From a virus (lineage: Duplodnaviria; Caudoviricetes), in IMG/VR virus record IMGVR_UViG_3300050020_000040, positions 1-56,176 of that record: 56,176 nucleotides of DNA. One strand, written 5' to 3'. The notes under the pieces were generated by a model. The model was not told where the DNA came from, made no database searches, and saw only the letters and a program-made list of their open reading frames with translations. Position numbers and translations under genes: made by a program. Below, one piece after another: positions 1 through 9,881 of the stretch (within the stretch, counting starts at the first letter, position 1; every line of letters begins with the position of its first letter).

Positions 1-201
1 GGCGGGTAATTCCCCGAGTAGTACAACAGAGCTCCATTCTTCATGATGTAAATGTTGCTCGCAGAAGTCGTCGAGCCGTATTTGACATACGTGGCAACCG
101 AGTAACGTCCAGCTAGCGTAACGGTGATCTTGGCCCCCGCCCCCGTAGTGGCCATCCCCAAGGGGTCATAACTCTTGGTGTCGAAGGCCAGGACCGCACT
201 G
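1..201. repeat. Terminal direct repeat (circular overlap), copy 1
   Basis: 1-201 matches 55976-56176 except A74 vs G56049. Confidence 0.97.
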
Positions 202-638
202 CTAGTCCCTGGGTTGTACGGCGTGGTCAAGTAGAGCCTCGCGGCGATCAGCCCTGGACCGTTGGCGTGCCAAGCGGAGCCGTCCCACCACCACGTCACG
301 CCGTACTTGGTGTCGAAGATGCGGGCGCCGACATACGGTGTGCTAGTGGGGGGGCCGCCGTGGATCGTCCCACCGGGAGCCAGGGGACCGAGCACAACCC
401 GGGCCGACTGTGACGAGCCCTGCAAGCGAGCCACCATCACAGGGTCGTTCACTTGGGGGCCGTAGTCGGCGCTGTAGTGTAGCCCCGTGGTTAGTGACGT
501 CGAGCCGTCCAAGTAGACGTCCACGGTGTTGGCACCGTGGACGCCCACGGCCCCAATCTCGCCGAACTGGTACGGGCCGTCGATGTTCCAATCGGGGCGC
601 AGTTGCGTCAGCCCACGGGCGATGTCAATGGCGCTCAT
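1..638 (-). CDS. Minor tail / receptor-binding protein, 5' part; continues across the origin to 55819 (264 aa total)
   Basis: ATG at 638 overlaps the upstream stop (ATGA); open frame MSAIDIARGLTQLRPDW... runs off base 1 and joins the 55819 ORF through the terminal repeat; missing from the ORF track. Confidence 0.8.
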   Translation of the reverse strand, partial: MSAIDIARGLTQLRPDWNIDGPYQFGEIGAVGVHGANTVDVYLDGSTSLTTGLHYSADYGPQVNDPVMVARLQGSSQSARVVLGPLAPGGTIHGGPPTSTPYVGARIFDTKYGVTWWWDGSAWHANGPGLIAARLYLTTPYNPGTSSAVLAFDTKSYDPLGMATTGAGAKITVTLAGRYSVATYVKYGSTTSASNIYIMKNGALLYYSGNYP

Positions 639-1930
639 GATCCTGCCACGATGACGCGCCCGGATAGCGTGGTGGTGTCAGCGTGGTGCAACCCCACACT
701 GAGGGTGTCCACGATGAACGGCTGCGCGTTGAGGGCAAGCCGTGGATCGGTGACGGCGACCACGTCGTCAATGTCGAACTGGGGTGCGGGGGGTAGGATC
801 ACCGTCAGCGTCCGCGAAGACGCCAGCGACACCGCGAGGTCGTACTGCGCCTCGACGCCCGCCTGCGTTGAACTAGTGATGAGGCTGTCCGAGACGAAGC
901 TGGGCACGTCCCCCATCCCGCCGAGAACATACGTTGGGCTCAGTGGGTTATTGTCGAACGCCTCAGCCTGCACCGGGGTGGTGGTGGTGGCATTGTTCGG
1001 CCCCGTCGCCGACACGAACACGTCGTTGGTGATACCGTTTCGGGTCATCGAGAGCGTTACGGCAGAGGGCGTGCTGTAGGGCGAGCCGGAGACCGGATGA
1101 AGTTCCCCCGTGCTGGCGGAGACTTCGGCCGGGTTGAGGTTCCAGTTTACCGACAGGCTACTCAGTAGTCCGCCTGCGGGACTGCCGGGTGTTGGCTTCA
1201 TGGTGAGCCGACCGTTCACGTCGAAGAACAGCTCATAGCCCGCGCTGGCGGCCATGTCGAGACACGCCTTCCATGGGTCCTGCCCTTGCTGGTACACCCC
1301 CGCTGGACACGCCCACGCGCTCGTGCCCGAGAAGGACGGGGCGCTGATCCATGCTGGAACGCTTGCCCCTCCCGCGCCGGGTCCGTTCGTGTTCCAGACG
1401 GAGGAGAGGAGCGCGATCACCTCGCCGCCTAGCGAGCCGTCAGCGTTGGGCACCGTGTAGTTTCCCTTGAGCGCCCACTGCGAGAACGGCCACGAGCGAT
1501 CGTAGAGTTCCAGCGTCACCGCGAAGTCCGCGCCGATGTCTCCCGCTGTCGTGGTGGCGATGGGGAACGTCCCGATGGGCACCCAACCGTTCTGGCCCTG
1601 CACCGCCTGTCCAATGTCGGGGCAGATGCAAGTGAGGGATATCTGCACCTCGTTGCCGAACGGTGCCAGTGGGTCCTGCGGGGTGAGGGGTAGTTGGTTG
1701 TATGCCGTCCCGTTGAGCGTCACCTGTTGCGGCGGGACGCTGGGAACGAACTCTACCGTCAGCGATCCGGTCCGCCGCTGTTCGGAGTTGCGATCAGCGG
1801 TGAACGATCCCGCGCTCACGGGCAGCGTGATGGTCGTCGGCGCGTTGTTGCTCCACAGCGTCAACTGTGCGGCCCAGAGGTTGGACCCCCAGCGCAGGGC
1901 GTCGATGAAACCGTTACTCAACAGGAACGT
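635..1930 (-). CDS. Minor tail protein (DUF5047-like hub/tip protein)
   Basis: SFTADRNSEQRRTGSL..LAPFGNEV and P.FDIDDVVAV motifs; downstream of large tail gene; GGAGG at 1938-1942 indicates a start near 1930 rather than 2293. Confidence 0.7.
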   Translation of the reverse strand, partial: TFLLSNGFIDALRWGSNLWAAQLTLWSNNAPTTITLPVSAGSFTADRNSEQRRTGSLTVEFVPSVPPQQVTLNGTAYNQLPLTPQDPLAPFGNEVQISLTCICPDIGQAVQGQNGWVPIGTFPIATTTAGDIGADFAVTLELYDRSWPFSQWALKGNYTVPNADGSLGGEVIALLSSVWNTNGPGAGGASVPAWISAPSFSGTSAWACPAGVYQQGQDPWKACLDMAASAGYELFFDVNGRLTMKPTPGSPAGGLLSSLSVNWNLNPAEVSASTGELHPVSGSPYSTPSAVTLSMTRNGITNDVFVSATGPNNATTTTPVQAEAFDNNPLSPTYVLGGMGDVPSFVSDSLITSSTQAGVEAQYDLAVSLASSRTLTVILPPAPQFDIDDVVAVTDPRLALNAQPFIVDTLSVGLHHADTTTLSGRVIVAGS

Positions 1931-1941
1931 GGTGCTTCCTC

Positions 1942-4900
1942 CTAGACCGCTGGTCTCGGCGCGCCGATGGCAGTCACGGCCACGGAACGCACTGGCGCAC
2001 CCGGAGCCGATGGGTACAGGTTCGTGCTGTGCGCGGTGTTGCCGCTGCCACCTCCGCCTCCACCCGGCTGGGGCGCGAGGTTGAAGTAGTACGGGCCTTC
2101 TCCGTAGGGCTGCGAGACGAACACGGTACGCTGCAACAGCGTCAGCGCCTTGAATGCGTTGTACGTGGCGTTGCTGAACGTCTCGAACGTGGCCGAGAAG
2201 TCCGGCTGCTGCACGGCGTATTGCACGAGGTTCATGGTCGTCTGCCCGAGCACGGGGTGGGCTGTGGACTGGATGATCTGCGAGGGGTTCCACCCCGTAG
2301 GCTGTGCGGGTGCGGCAGACGCGGCGGGGTTGAGCGGGTCGAACTCCCAGAATCCTAGGCCCGTCGCTATTCCGGCACTTGCGAGCGCACTGTACGCTGA
2401 CTGGACGGTGTTGCTGCCCTCCGTGGCCTGCACCAGCGCCTGATAGGCGAATCCCGTGCCCGGCACCACCTCGTAGTCGTTGACGGTCACGCTCTGTGTC
2501 GTGGTTGGGAGTGTCGTTGGGTTGGCGGGGGATGCGTTACGGACGTACACACCGTCCGAACGTAGAATCACGATGCCCGCGGTGCCGAGTAGTCCACCGA
2601 CAGTCCACGCCGTGCCCGAGCCAGGGAAAACCCCGACCTCGTCCACGTAGTGGACTTCGGCATTAGCCACGGAGACAACGGTGAGGACCACCTCGAAGTA
2701 GGCGGCGTTTGACGGGGACGTAGCGGTCACGCTCGTCTGAGTGAATACCCCAGACGTTGCCTCTGTCACGAGTGACCCCGTCGAGGTTGAGATGGACACG
2801 TCTCCCGAGGTGAACCAGTGCAGCCCGACCGTGACGCCTCGTGATGTAGTGCCGGGGATGAAACTAGCCACTGCGCTGTATTGCGTACTCGGTTGACAAG
2901 CGTAGTACGTCGAGGCCGCAGACATGGTTCCGGTGGTGCTGTTGGCCGTCATGCGAAGCGAGTAGGCGCCATCTAGGTACTTGGTGGCAGACTGTGCTAG
3001 GGCACAGACGGTCCCCGTGAATGAACCGATGCCTGTTTCGAAGGACGAGTCTACCGCCGACACCATGTTGAGCGCGGACTGCGCCACAAGTTGGATCATG
3101 GGAAGATAGAAGCTAGCCATCGCCCCGTCACCTGGCAGGGAGTTGATGTCCTGTGTGGCCGTCGCCGTGAGGGTTGGGCTAGCCGGGAGGTCCAATGTGA
3201 CTGTGTACCCACCGTAGGCGTTGAAGTTGTTGCTCTCGGAGCCCGTCTCGGTGATGTTCACGTAGCTGCGGCAGACCGTCGAGGGCGCTATCGTCGTGGC
3301 GATCTGGTAGGTCGTGTTCGCGTTCGCCACCACGCCCGAATCGTCCAGCGCCGCCGAGGTGGCGGGGTTGAACCCACCAGCGCCGTATTGGGCCGCCGTG
3401 AATGTCCGCACTTGGTACGCCTGCTGTGCGGCCCCAGAGGGCAACGTCGCAGACCATCCGACAATTGGCAGCTGCTGGGCGACGGTGCCCGTGGGCTCGG
3501 TGACGGTGACGGTGGGGGCAGCCTGTGCCACCACGGAGAAGTCGGCCGCGAAGCCACCCTGTCCCCCGGCGTCCTGCGTGGCGACAGACCACGAGTAGGT
3601 CGAGCCGTCCGTCCACGACGCTGCGGGGAAGGTGTACGACTGGCCCGCGCCCGCGTTCCAGTAGACAGACGGCCCCGCCTGCCAGGACAGGGTGCCCGCG
3701 TTCCAGTAGACGTAGGCGCCACCGCCGACACGCCGACGCATGGCCCAGTTCAACTGCCCGCCCGTCGCGTTGCTCGGGTTGTACGTCCACGAGAATGTCG
3801 GCGTGCCCGAGAGGTCCAGGTACGTGCCAGATGCGGGAGTGCCAAGCGTGGGGGCGTTCGGGGGGCCTTCGGAGATCAGCGTGAATGGCGTGGCGTATGC
3901 TCCCTTCCCGTTAGCGTCCTGGTTGGCACACGACCAGGTGAATGTTCCCGCCACTAGCGGAAGCGTGTTCCACTGGGCAGCCGTGATCGTCACTGAACCA
4001 GCCGAAGACGAAACCCACGTCTGCGTCGTGGTCCATGCGGAGCCCGTCCAATAGTACGCGGCGTAACCGGGTGGTGTAACTTGGAGCGAGTAGTCGAGCT
4101 GCCCGCCAGCCGCACCGCCAGTGCTGTATGTCCACGAGAACGTCACGCCACCCGTGACGCAGTTTTGCGCGTTGCCGTTCACTGGAGCGGTAAGGGTAGG
4201 GGCGTTGGGTAGACCGCTCGTTGTGAACGACTGCCATGATCCGTACGCGGTCCCGTTGCTACTCCACGCCGCCACTTGGTAGTAGTACGTGGTGCTTGCC
4301 GTCAGTCCGGTGACGTTGGCGTAGGGACTGGCGGAGCCGGTGAAACTGCTGGGCGTTGAGCCCACGGGCGTACCGCCTGATGGTGTAGTGGAGATGTTGA
4401 AGTCACAGGACGTCGAGGGACCACCCGCCGCGTATAGGCCATTGTCGCTGACTGACCCGTTAAGGGTGGCCGTGGTGCTGGTGATCGAGGTGGCCGCGTT
4501 TGTGCTCGCGCTGGGCGGTAATGCGGACGTGATGAAATATGAGGTTCCGCCCCCAACCTCTGCGACACTGTTTGCGGCTAGGACTTGCCAGTAGTAGGTG
4601 GTGTTCGGGATGAGGCCGACGAAGGTGCCATAGACTGGGACGTTGCCTGCGTTGTATTGTATATTGCCTGGTGTCAGACCAGAACCAAACGAGGGAGTGG
4701 TACCGTACTCAAACTGGTAACTGGTTGGAAGTCCACCTGGATTGACGTAGCTAGCGCACGAAGCAGTAGTGGCGGTTACGCCCTGGACATTCTCGCCAAA
4801 AACACTAGGGGAGCTTCCCCCTCCCCCGGGTGTATAGTTGATGTATGCACCGATGGCCCCGATGGCCGTGAGACCGCTGAGGGTGGACGGGCCGCTGACG

Positions 4901-5283
4901 TTCCCATCGAGGTAGCCAGTGCCACTGCCGTAGCTATAGAGCATGGAGCCGGTGGATGTCCGCCACCAGCCGATGTAGATTTGGGTGCCAGCGGCAAGGA
5001 ACATACCGGGGTCGAAGGTGGATGTCTGCCATGCCTGACCACCGACGCTTGCAGAGCCGGCGCCAAGGGAGAGCGTGGACCCCCCACCCAAGATGCCACC
5101 ACCGCTGTTCCAGACGATCCCCTGGAACGTGGTGGACCCAGAGTAGGAGTCGGCGTAGAACACGACGGACGTGACAGTGCCGTCCACCGGCATCGTGTAA
5201 ATAGGGGTGCAGACCTGAGAGTGGGTGTTAGAGCCCCACTCCGACCAACCCGTGAAGGATGGGTTGCTGCCTAGCGTCGCCAT
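1942..5283 (-). CDS. Large tail protein with fibronectin-III/Ig-like repeats and a CBM4/9-like domain
   Basis: 1113 aa, S/T/G-rich; FN3-like GL.PNTTYYWQV.A.N and GLTASTTYYYQV.A; SFETG..DGAYSLR..YVDEV carbohydrate-binding-like segment. Confidence 0.75.
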   Translation of the reverse strand: MATLGSNPSFTGWSEWGSNTHSQVCTPIYTMPVDGTVTSVVFYADSYSGSTTFQGIVWNSGGGILGGGSTLSLGAGSASVGGQAWQTSTFDPGMFLAAGTQIYIGWWRTSTGSMLYSYGSGTGYLDGNVSGPSTLSGLTAIGAIGAYINYTPGGGGSSPSVFGENVQGVTATTASCASYVNPGGLPTSYQFEYGTTPSFGSGLTPGNIQYNAGNVPVYGTFVGLIPNTTYYWQVLAANSVAEVGGGTSYFITSALPPSASTNAATSITSTTATLNGSVSDNGLYAAGGPSTSCDFNISTTPSGGTPVGSTPSSFTGSASPYANVTGLTASTTYYYQVAAWSSNGTAYGSWQSFTTSGLPNAPTLTAPVNGNAQNCVTGGVTFSWTYSTGGAAGGQLDYSLQVTPPGYAAYYWTGSAWTTTQTWVSSSAGSVTITAAQWNTLPLVAGTFTWSCANQDANGKGAYATPFTLISEGPPNAPTLGTPASGTYLDLSGTPTFSWTYNPSNATGGQLNWAMRRRVGGGAYVYWNAGTLSWQAGPSVYWNAGAGQSYTFPAASWTDGSTYSWSVATQDAGGQGGFAADFSVVAQAAPTVTVTEPTGTVAQQLPIVGWSATLPSGAAQQAYQVRTFTAAQYGAGGFNPATSAALDDSGVVANANTTYQIATTIAPSTVCRSYVNITETGSESNNFNAYGGYTVTLDLPASPTLTATATQDINSLPGDGAMASFYLPMIQLVAQSALNMVSAVDSSFETGIGSFTGTVCALAQSATKYLDGAYSLRMTANSTTGTMSAASTYYACQPSTQYSAVASFIPGTTSRGVTVGLHWFTSGDVSISTSTGSLVTEATSGVFTQTSVTATSPSNAAYFEVVLTVVSVANAEVHYVDEVGVFPGSGTAWTVGGLLGTAGIVILRSDGVYVRNASPANPTTLPTTTQSVTVNDYEVVPGTGFAYQALVQATEGSNTVQSAYSALASAGIATGLGFWEFDPLNPAASAAPAQPTGWNPSQIIQSTAHPVLGQTTMNLVQYAVQQPDFSATFETFSNATYNAFKALTLLQRTVFVSQPYGEGPYYFNLAPQPGGGGGGSGNTAHSTNLYPSAPGAPVRSVAVTAIGAPRPAV

Positions 5284-5294
5284 TTACTATACCC

Positions 5295-5323
5295 TTGACA
5301 AATCACACCCCTACCCCCATACT
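5295..5323 (+). promoter_or_regulatory. Sigma70-type promoter
   Basis: TTGACA (5295-5300), 17 nt, CATACT (5318-5323) upstream of the 5353 ORF; GGAGG at 5346-5350. Confidence 0.7.
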
Positions 5324-5352
5324 CAGAAGCGTTCGGACAGGACACGGAGGAC

Positions 5353-6225
5353 ATGACCATGAGGATGCGGAAACTCGGAGCGGCGGGGATCGTGGCGGCG
5401 GCGGTCGCGCTGGGCGCGTCAACCGTCGCTTTTGCGAACACGCCCGACCCCACCACGGCTCAGATTTCGGCGGTCGCCAATGCCGACTGCACCTACACCG
5501 TCACAGCCTACGTGACCGGGTGGACGGTTTCGGACCCCAACGAGATCGGGGTCGAGGTCGGTGAGGACGGCTCCGTGGTTCTCTCGGACACCGACCCTAA
5601 CGCCGACTACGGTGGCCCCGTCCCCCTGAGCCAACTCGATCCGAGCGACATCTGGAGCACCACCACGGCGACCTATGGGGATTGGTTCCGGGTCATGTTG
5701 TACGAGTGGCCCGGCCCGGCGGCGATCCCTGGGACCGTTACCCTGTACGTCCCAACCGGCTGTGTGGTGGCCACACCGACCCCAGTAGCGGCGACCGCCC
5801 CACCTACGGATACGCCCGCCGCACCACCTACCGATACTCCTGCGGGCGCTCCCGCTGCGACGTCAGCCCCCACAAGTGCGGCTACGGGTACCGTGACGCC
5901 ACAGGGCGCCCACACGGCCATCCCCGCTGGGACGGGCTCGCAGGGCGGGCCTAGCGGCTCTGGGGGCTCTCAGGGGTACACCGCGCCCGTGACGGGCTCG
6001 GCGTCCTCTACGGCCACACCAGCCGCCACAGCGATGGTCTCACCGTCTGCGACCGACACTCCCAGTGCAAGCCCGACCGCCACGGCTGACGCGGGCCTCG
6101 CCCCGACGTCCTCTCACACGGGTACAGGCGGGAACGGGTGGCTACTGCCCTTCGGGATTGTGCTGTTCTTTCTGATCTGCGGCGGGGCTGCCTTCGGGGG
6201 AGCCTACATTCGCCGCCGCGCCTAA
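5353..6225 (+). CDS. Secreted, C-terminally membrane-anchored P/T/A-rich surface protein (moron-like)
   Basis: Signal peptide MRKLGAAGIVAAAVALGASTVAFA; PT/AT-rich linker; C-terminal hydrophobic helix plus RRR; start may be ATG 5359. Confidence 0.8.
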   Translation: MTMRMRKLGAAGIVAAAVALGASTVAFANTPDPTTAQISAVANADCTYTVTAYVTGWTVSDPNEIGVEVGEDGSVVLSDTDPNADYGGPVPLSQLDPSDIWSTTTATYGDWFRVMLYEWPGPAAIPGTVTLYVPTGCVVATPTPVAATAPPTDTPAAPPTDTPAGAPAATSAPTSAATGTVTPQGAHTAIPAGTGSQGGPSGSGGSQGYTAPVTGSASSTATPAATAMVSPSATDTPSASPTATADAGLAPTSSHTGTGGNGWLLPFGIVLFFLICGGAAFGGAYIRRRA

Positions 6226-6648
6226 CTTTCGCTTCCGGGTCTTGGAAGCCCTACCCTCTTCGGGGGGTGGGGCTTTCCCTTTGCGGGTAGCCTCGCGGAC
6301 CACCTGGGCGTGGAACTCGGGATCTAGCACCGACTGAGCGGCCTGTAGCCAGTCCAGTTGGGTGGACAGGAGCGAGAGTTGGTCGGGACGGCAGGAGGAC
6401 CCCCGCGTGTGAGCCTCTTGGCGCTCCGTCTCCACGGCACGGTCGATCGCCCATTGCCCCTCACCGAAGCCGAAGTCGTCCCTCGCTGGCTGGTAGGCCG
6501 CGTGCTCCCGAAGCTCCGCCACCCACCAGGACCGACGACACCGGGCGCAGAACCACGGGGCGCTGTCGGGGTCGAGCACGATCGGGTACAGCCCCATGTG
6601 GCAGCTCGGGCACTCCGGAGCGTAGTCTACTGGTTGGGTGGGGATCAT
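6142..6648 (-). CDS. Hypothetical protein with CxxC..CxxC Zn-ribbon
   Basis: CPSC and CARC; ATGA overlap with tape measure stop. Confidence 0.65.
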   Translation of the reverse strand: MIPTQPVDYAPECPSCHMGLYPIVLDPDSAPWFCARCRRSWWVAELREHAAYQPARDDFGFGEGQWAIDRAVETERQEAHTRGSSCRPDQLSLLSTQLDWLQAAQSVLDPEFHAQVVREATRKGKAPPPEEGRASKTRKRKLGAAANVGSPEGSPAADQKEQHNPEGQ

Positions 6649-8792
6649 GGGTGGTACACCCCCGCTGAGAGTTGCCGCACAACCTGTGCCATGGCGGTCT
6701 GGACCGCGTTCTGGACGGCCGTGCCGACGCTCTGGGCCATCTGGGGGGTCGTCCCTGGCGGGACGGTCACAGGGATGCTCAGTTGCCCGATGGTGACACC
6801 CCCGCCCCCGCCAGAGCCCCCTGTGGTCGCAAGGGAGCGAACGGGCGCCTGCCCAGATAGGGCGGCGAGGGATTGGACGCTCGCCCGTCCAGACTTCAAC
6901 TGGCTCTCAGGGAGCACGTACTCCGTCTCAGTCTCACCTAGGAGGGCAAGGGTAGGCTTGGTCACGATGCCGCCCGTCGCCAGCCCGATGGCCGACAGCG
7001 CCCCGCCGATGACGGGAATGCTGTTCGCGGCCGACTTGACTTTGGCGAGGACGGCCGACACCATGGACCCGATGGCACCGGCGATCTTGCCGGGGAGGTC
7101 GATGAAGAAGTTGACGATCCCGCCGATGAACTTGGACACGTCGGAGGTGATCGTATTCCACACGCCCGACAGGAACCCGCCCACGGTGTTGTAGAGCCCC
7201 GCGATGGCGTTCAGGAGATTCCCGGGCAGCGCAGTGAAGAACCCGACGACCTTGCTGATCATCCCGGAGACGAACCCCACGATGGCGCCCACGGCATCCC
7301 CGACCGCTCCGCTGATTGCGTTCCACACAGTCTTGGCAACGTCTGCGACCTGGGTAAAGTGGGTGACCAGAAGAACGATGATGGCGATGAGCGCCACGAT
7401 GGCGAGCACTACGATGGCGATCGGGTTAGCGTCCATGATCGCGTTGAACACACCAACGGCCACCGACGCCACACCTGTTGCGGCGGCGGCGATTCCCGTC
7501 GCAACGCTCCATGCGGCCGTGGCCACCGTTACTGCTGCCGTGCCGACGGCCGACGCAGCGGTGACGACTGCAAAGGCCGTCAGGAGCGTGACGAGCCCGC
7601 CGATGACCACGGCGAGGACCAACGCGGCGGTGTGGTTCTTGTCGAAGAACGTCACCACGTTATCAACCGCGGTCACGACGTTCTTCAGCACGGGGATGAG
7701 GATTTGCCCGAGCTGCGTCAGCAGATCCTCGACGCCGCTCTCCAGGGTCTTGACAGACCCCTCCATGGTGTCGGCGTTCTTTGCGGCGGCGACATGTGCA
7801 GACCCGGCGGCACCAACCTGTGCCGTGTAGGCGGCAAGTACAGCGGGACCAGCTTGGATCGTCTCGGCCAGTTTGGACGATGCGGAGCCAAACCCTAGCG
7901 ACTTCAGGGTAGCGTCCGCCTGTGCGGCGCTCATCCCTGCGAGCTTAGGTTGAAGCTCGGTGAATATCTGGCTGAGAGGGTCGAGGCCGCCCGTCTTGGC
8001 GTTGATGAACGAGACGCCCATCGCCTGCTGTGCGGCCGTCACCGCAGCGGTGGGGGTGATGATCCCAGTGAACGCAGAGTTCAGCGCGGACATCGCTTGC
8101 CTGCCGGTCTCACCGTGCGCGGCCAGGTCCACCACCAAGCCCGAAAGGGCACTCAGGGGAGGGGCCGCAGCCCCCATCGAGGCCCGCGCCTTGTCGATGC
8201 TGGCGGAGAACGTGTCCACGCTCTGCCCGGTGTCCCGTGCGGCGTTGAACAGATCGTTCGTCGCGGCCGTGGCGCCCGAAAGCGGGATACCGAACGCCTG
8301 CATCGTCTTGGACAGGTCGGACGTAGCGGAGGCCAGAGAAGTCCCGGACGCCTCGGCCAAGTCCTGCGCCGTCTTCATGAACGTCAGTGCTTGCTGTGCC
8401 GTCAGCGCGTGCCCTGCCACGAGGTCCATCTGCCCAGCAACGGCGGCATACGCGGTCATCGTCTGCTGGGCGGAGAACGTCGTGGTGAACGCTTGCCCCA
8501 GGAAGGCGTTACCGATCTTCGTAGCCGCCGCTGAGGAGATGTCCGCGTTGGCCGCGAGGTTGGCCGTGGCCGACTGGTACTTCATCGCCAGGTCGACCGC
8601 GACCGCACCGATGGCAACCACCGCCGCGCCGACAACTAGCCCCGCCTTCGCCCATGCGTTGCCTGTCTCTTCGGCCGACGCCTCGGAGGATTCGGCGGTC
8701 TCTTCGCCCTTCGCCTGTACCTCAGTGAGCTTGGCGTTGTAATCGGTCGTATCCGCGAGGATTTGCTGGATCAGCGGGGGAAGCATGCCCAT
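6645..8792 (-). CDS. Tape measure protein
   Basis: 715 aa Ala-rich helical; ANPIAIVVLAIVALIA motif; follows tail chaperone genes. Confidence 0.92.
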   Translation of the reverse strand: MGMLPPLIQQILADTTDYNAKLTEVQAKGEETAESSEASAEETGNAWAKAGLVVGAAVVAIGAVAVDLAMKYQSATANLAANADISSAAATKIGNAFLGQAFTTTFSAQQTMTAYAAVAGQMDLVAGHALTAQQALTFMKTAQDLAEASGTSLASATSDLSKTMQAFGIPLSGATAATNDLFNAARDTGQSVDTFSASIDKARASMGAAAPPLSALSGLVVDLAAHGETGRQAMSALNSAFTGIITPTAAVTAAQQAMGVSFINAKTGGLDPLSQIFTELQPKLAGMSAAQADATLKSLGFGSASSKLAETIQAGPAVLAAYTAQVGAAGSAHVAAAKNADTMEGSVKTLESGVEDLLTQLGQILIPVLKNVVTAVDNVVTFFDKNHTAALVLAVVIGGLVTLLTAFAVVTAASAVGTAAVTVATAAWSVATGIAAAATGVASVAVGVFNAIMDANPIAIVVLAIVALIAIIVLLVTHFTQVADVAKTVWNAISGAVGDAVGAIVGFVSGMISKVVGFFTALPGNLLNAIAGLYNTVGGFLSGVWNTITSDVSKFIGGIVNFFIDLPGKIAGAIGSMVSAVLAKVKSAANSIPVIGGALSAIGLATGGIVTKPTLALLGETETEYVLPESQLKSGRASVQSLAALSGQAPVRSLATTGGSGGGGGVTIGQLSIPVTVPPGTTPQMAQSVGTAVQNAVQTAMAQVVRQLSAGVYHP

Positions 8793-8795
8793 CTA

Positions 8796-9191
8796 TCAGC
8801 CCCCCAATGCAGCGCCAAACATGGCTTCGGCTAGGTTAGAGATGGGAACGGTCGCATCCTTGACGCCAGGGGCCAACGCGGGGTAGGGAATCTGGTGATA
8901 CGTTCGCCCGAGGCTGTCCGTCATGTTCATGTACCCGAGGTCCAACCGTCGGGAGTAGATCACCGACGGGCCAGATTCGGAGTAGACCACGCCTGGGCTC
9001 GCGTCCTTCGGGCCTTCGGTGTGGAAGGACCGAGCATAAGTCGAACTGCGGTTGATCGAACTGGGCCGTCCGCCATAGGCGTGTTTCTGCGAGAACGCCA
9101 CCACGAGGGCTCCCGCTTTACCCACGAACTGTACCGCAGCCTCACGAGATGCCTTGATCTGCACCTGAATGGCCGCGTCGAACTCGCTCAC
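8796..9191 (-). CDS. HK97 gp10-like tail completion protein
   Basis: GPSVIYSRRLDLG..PYPAL.P motif; tail-module context. Confidence 0.6.
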   Translation of the reverse strand: MSEFDAAIQVQIKASREAAVQFVGKAGALVVAFSQKHAYGGRPSSINRSSTYARSFHTEGPKDASPGVVYSESGPSVIYSRRLDLGYMNMTDSLGRTYHQIPYPALAPGVKDATVPISNLAEAMFGAALGG

Positions 9192-9204
9192 ACCTTCGAT
9201 GGAA

Positions 9205-9426
9205 TCACCCCCGCTTGTTCTTCTCGGCCTCCGCTTCCGCCTCGACCTGGGCGAATTTCAACGTCCAGTCCACGGTATCCAACGGCTCCTCTAGGTATTC
9301 CTCGTGCGTCAGATGGAGGAGCTTGCGGACGCGGAACTCGTCGTACCGCACCGACACCTCGGGGTCGATGTCCCCGCCAGAGCCTAGGAGCGCGTTGCGG
9401 AGCCGGCGCGCTTCCCAGTAGGGTTT
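9205..9426 (-). CDS. Tail assembly chaperone -1 frameshift extension (gpT-like)
   Basis: Open -1 frame PYWEARRLRNALLG...AEKNKRG* beginning at heptamer A AAC CCT. Confidence 0.7.
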   Translation of the reverse strand, partial: KPYWEARRLRNALLGSGGDIDPEVSVRYDEFRVRKLLHLTHEEYLEEPLDTVDWTLKFAQVEAEAEAEKNKRG

Positions 9427-9857
9427 CCGGGTTTGCTGATCGGACCCTCCTTCGGCGGCGCGAAGTCCACGCCGTTGACGATGTCCGCAGCCAATCCACG
9501 GGTCAGCTCCGCGAGCGCGTCGTACCTGTCGCCGTTCATCTCGCCCACGTCAGCGGACGTGACGGGCAACGGCTCGTCATACGACCACCCAGCAAGCTGC
9601 GCCCAGATGGCCGCCTCCTGCACCCGCTGGAGCGCGTCGGCCTCCTCTTCGCTGAGGTTCAGATCGTTCATGTCGATCTTTTCGAGGTCGGCCGCCGTCA
9701 GCGCCTTGCCGTCAGTCGGCAGGTTGCTCGGCAGTTTGCGGATCGCCTGCAAAGCATGGATGCTCGCTGAGTTGATGGCCCTGCGATGCTTGACGCGCAT
9801 GTCCGCCCTCTCGCGCAGGCTGACCCAACCACCATCTGGCATTGTCTCTTGGCGCAT
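9384..9857 (-). CDS. Tail assembly chaperone (gpG-like)
   Basis: 157 aa between major tail and tape measure genes; slippery site near 3' end. Confidence 0.75.
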   Translation of the reverse strand: MRQETMPDGGWVSLRERADMRVKHRRAINSASIHALQAIRKLPSNLPTDGKALTAADLEKIDMNDLNLSEEEADALQRVQEAAIWAQLAGWSYDEPLPVTSADVGEMNGDRYDALAELTRGLAADIVNGVDFAPPKEGPISKPGNPTGKRAGSATRS

Positions 9858-9881
9858 TGTCTCTCCCTTCCCGTCTGCGAT

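Noticed and set aside
1-201. Biological terminal repeat of the virion DNA
   Set aside because: It falls mid-gene and is more simply an assembly circularisation overlap; cannot be distinguished without reads
1931-2293. N-terminal extension of the 635..2293 ORF
   Set aside because: Overlaps the upstream tail gene, is Arg-rich and non-protein-like, and the RBS is at 1938-1942
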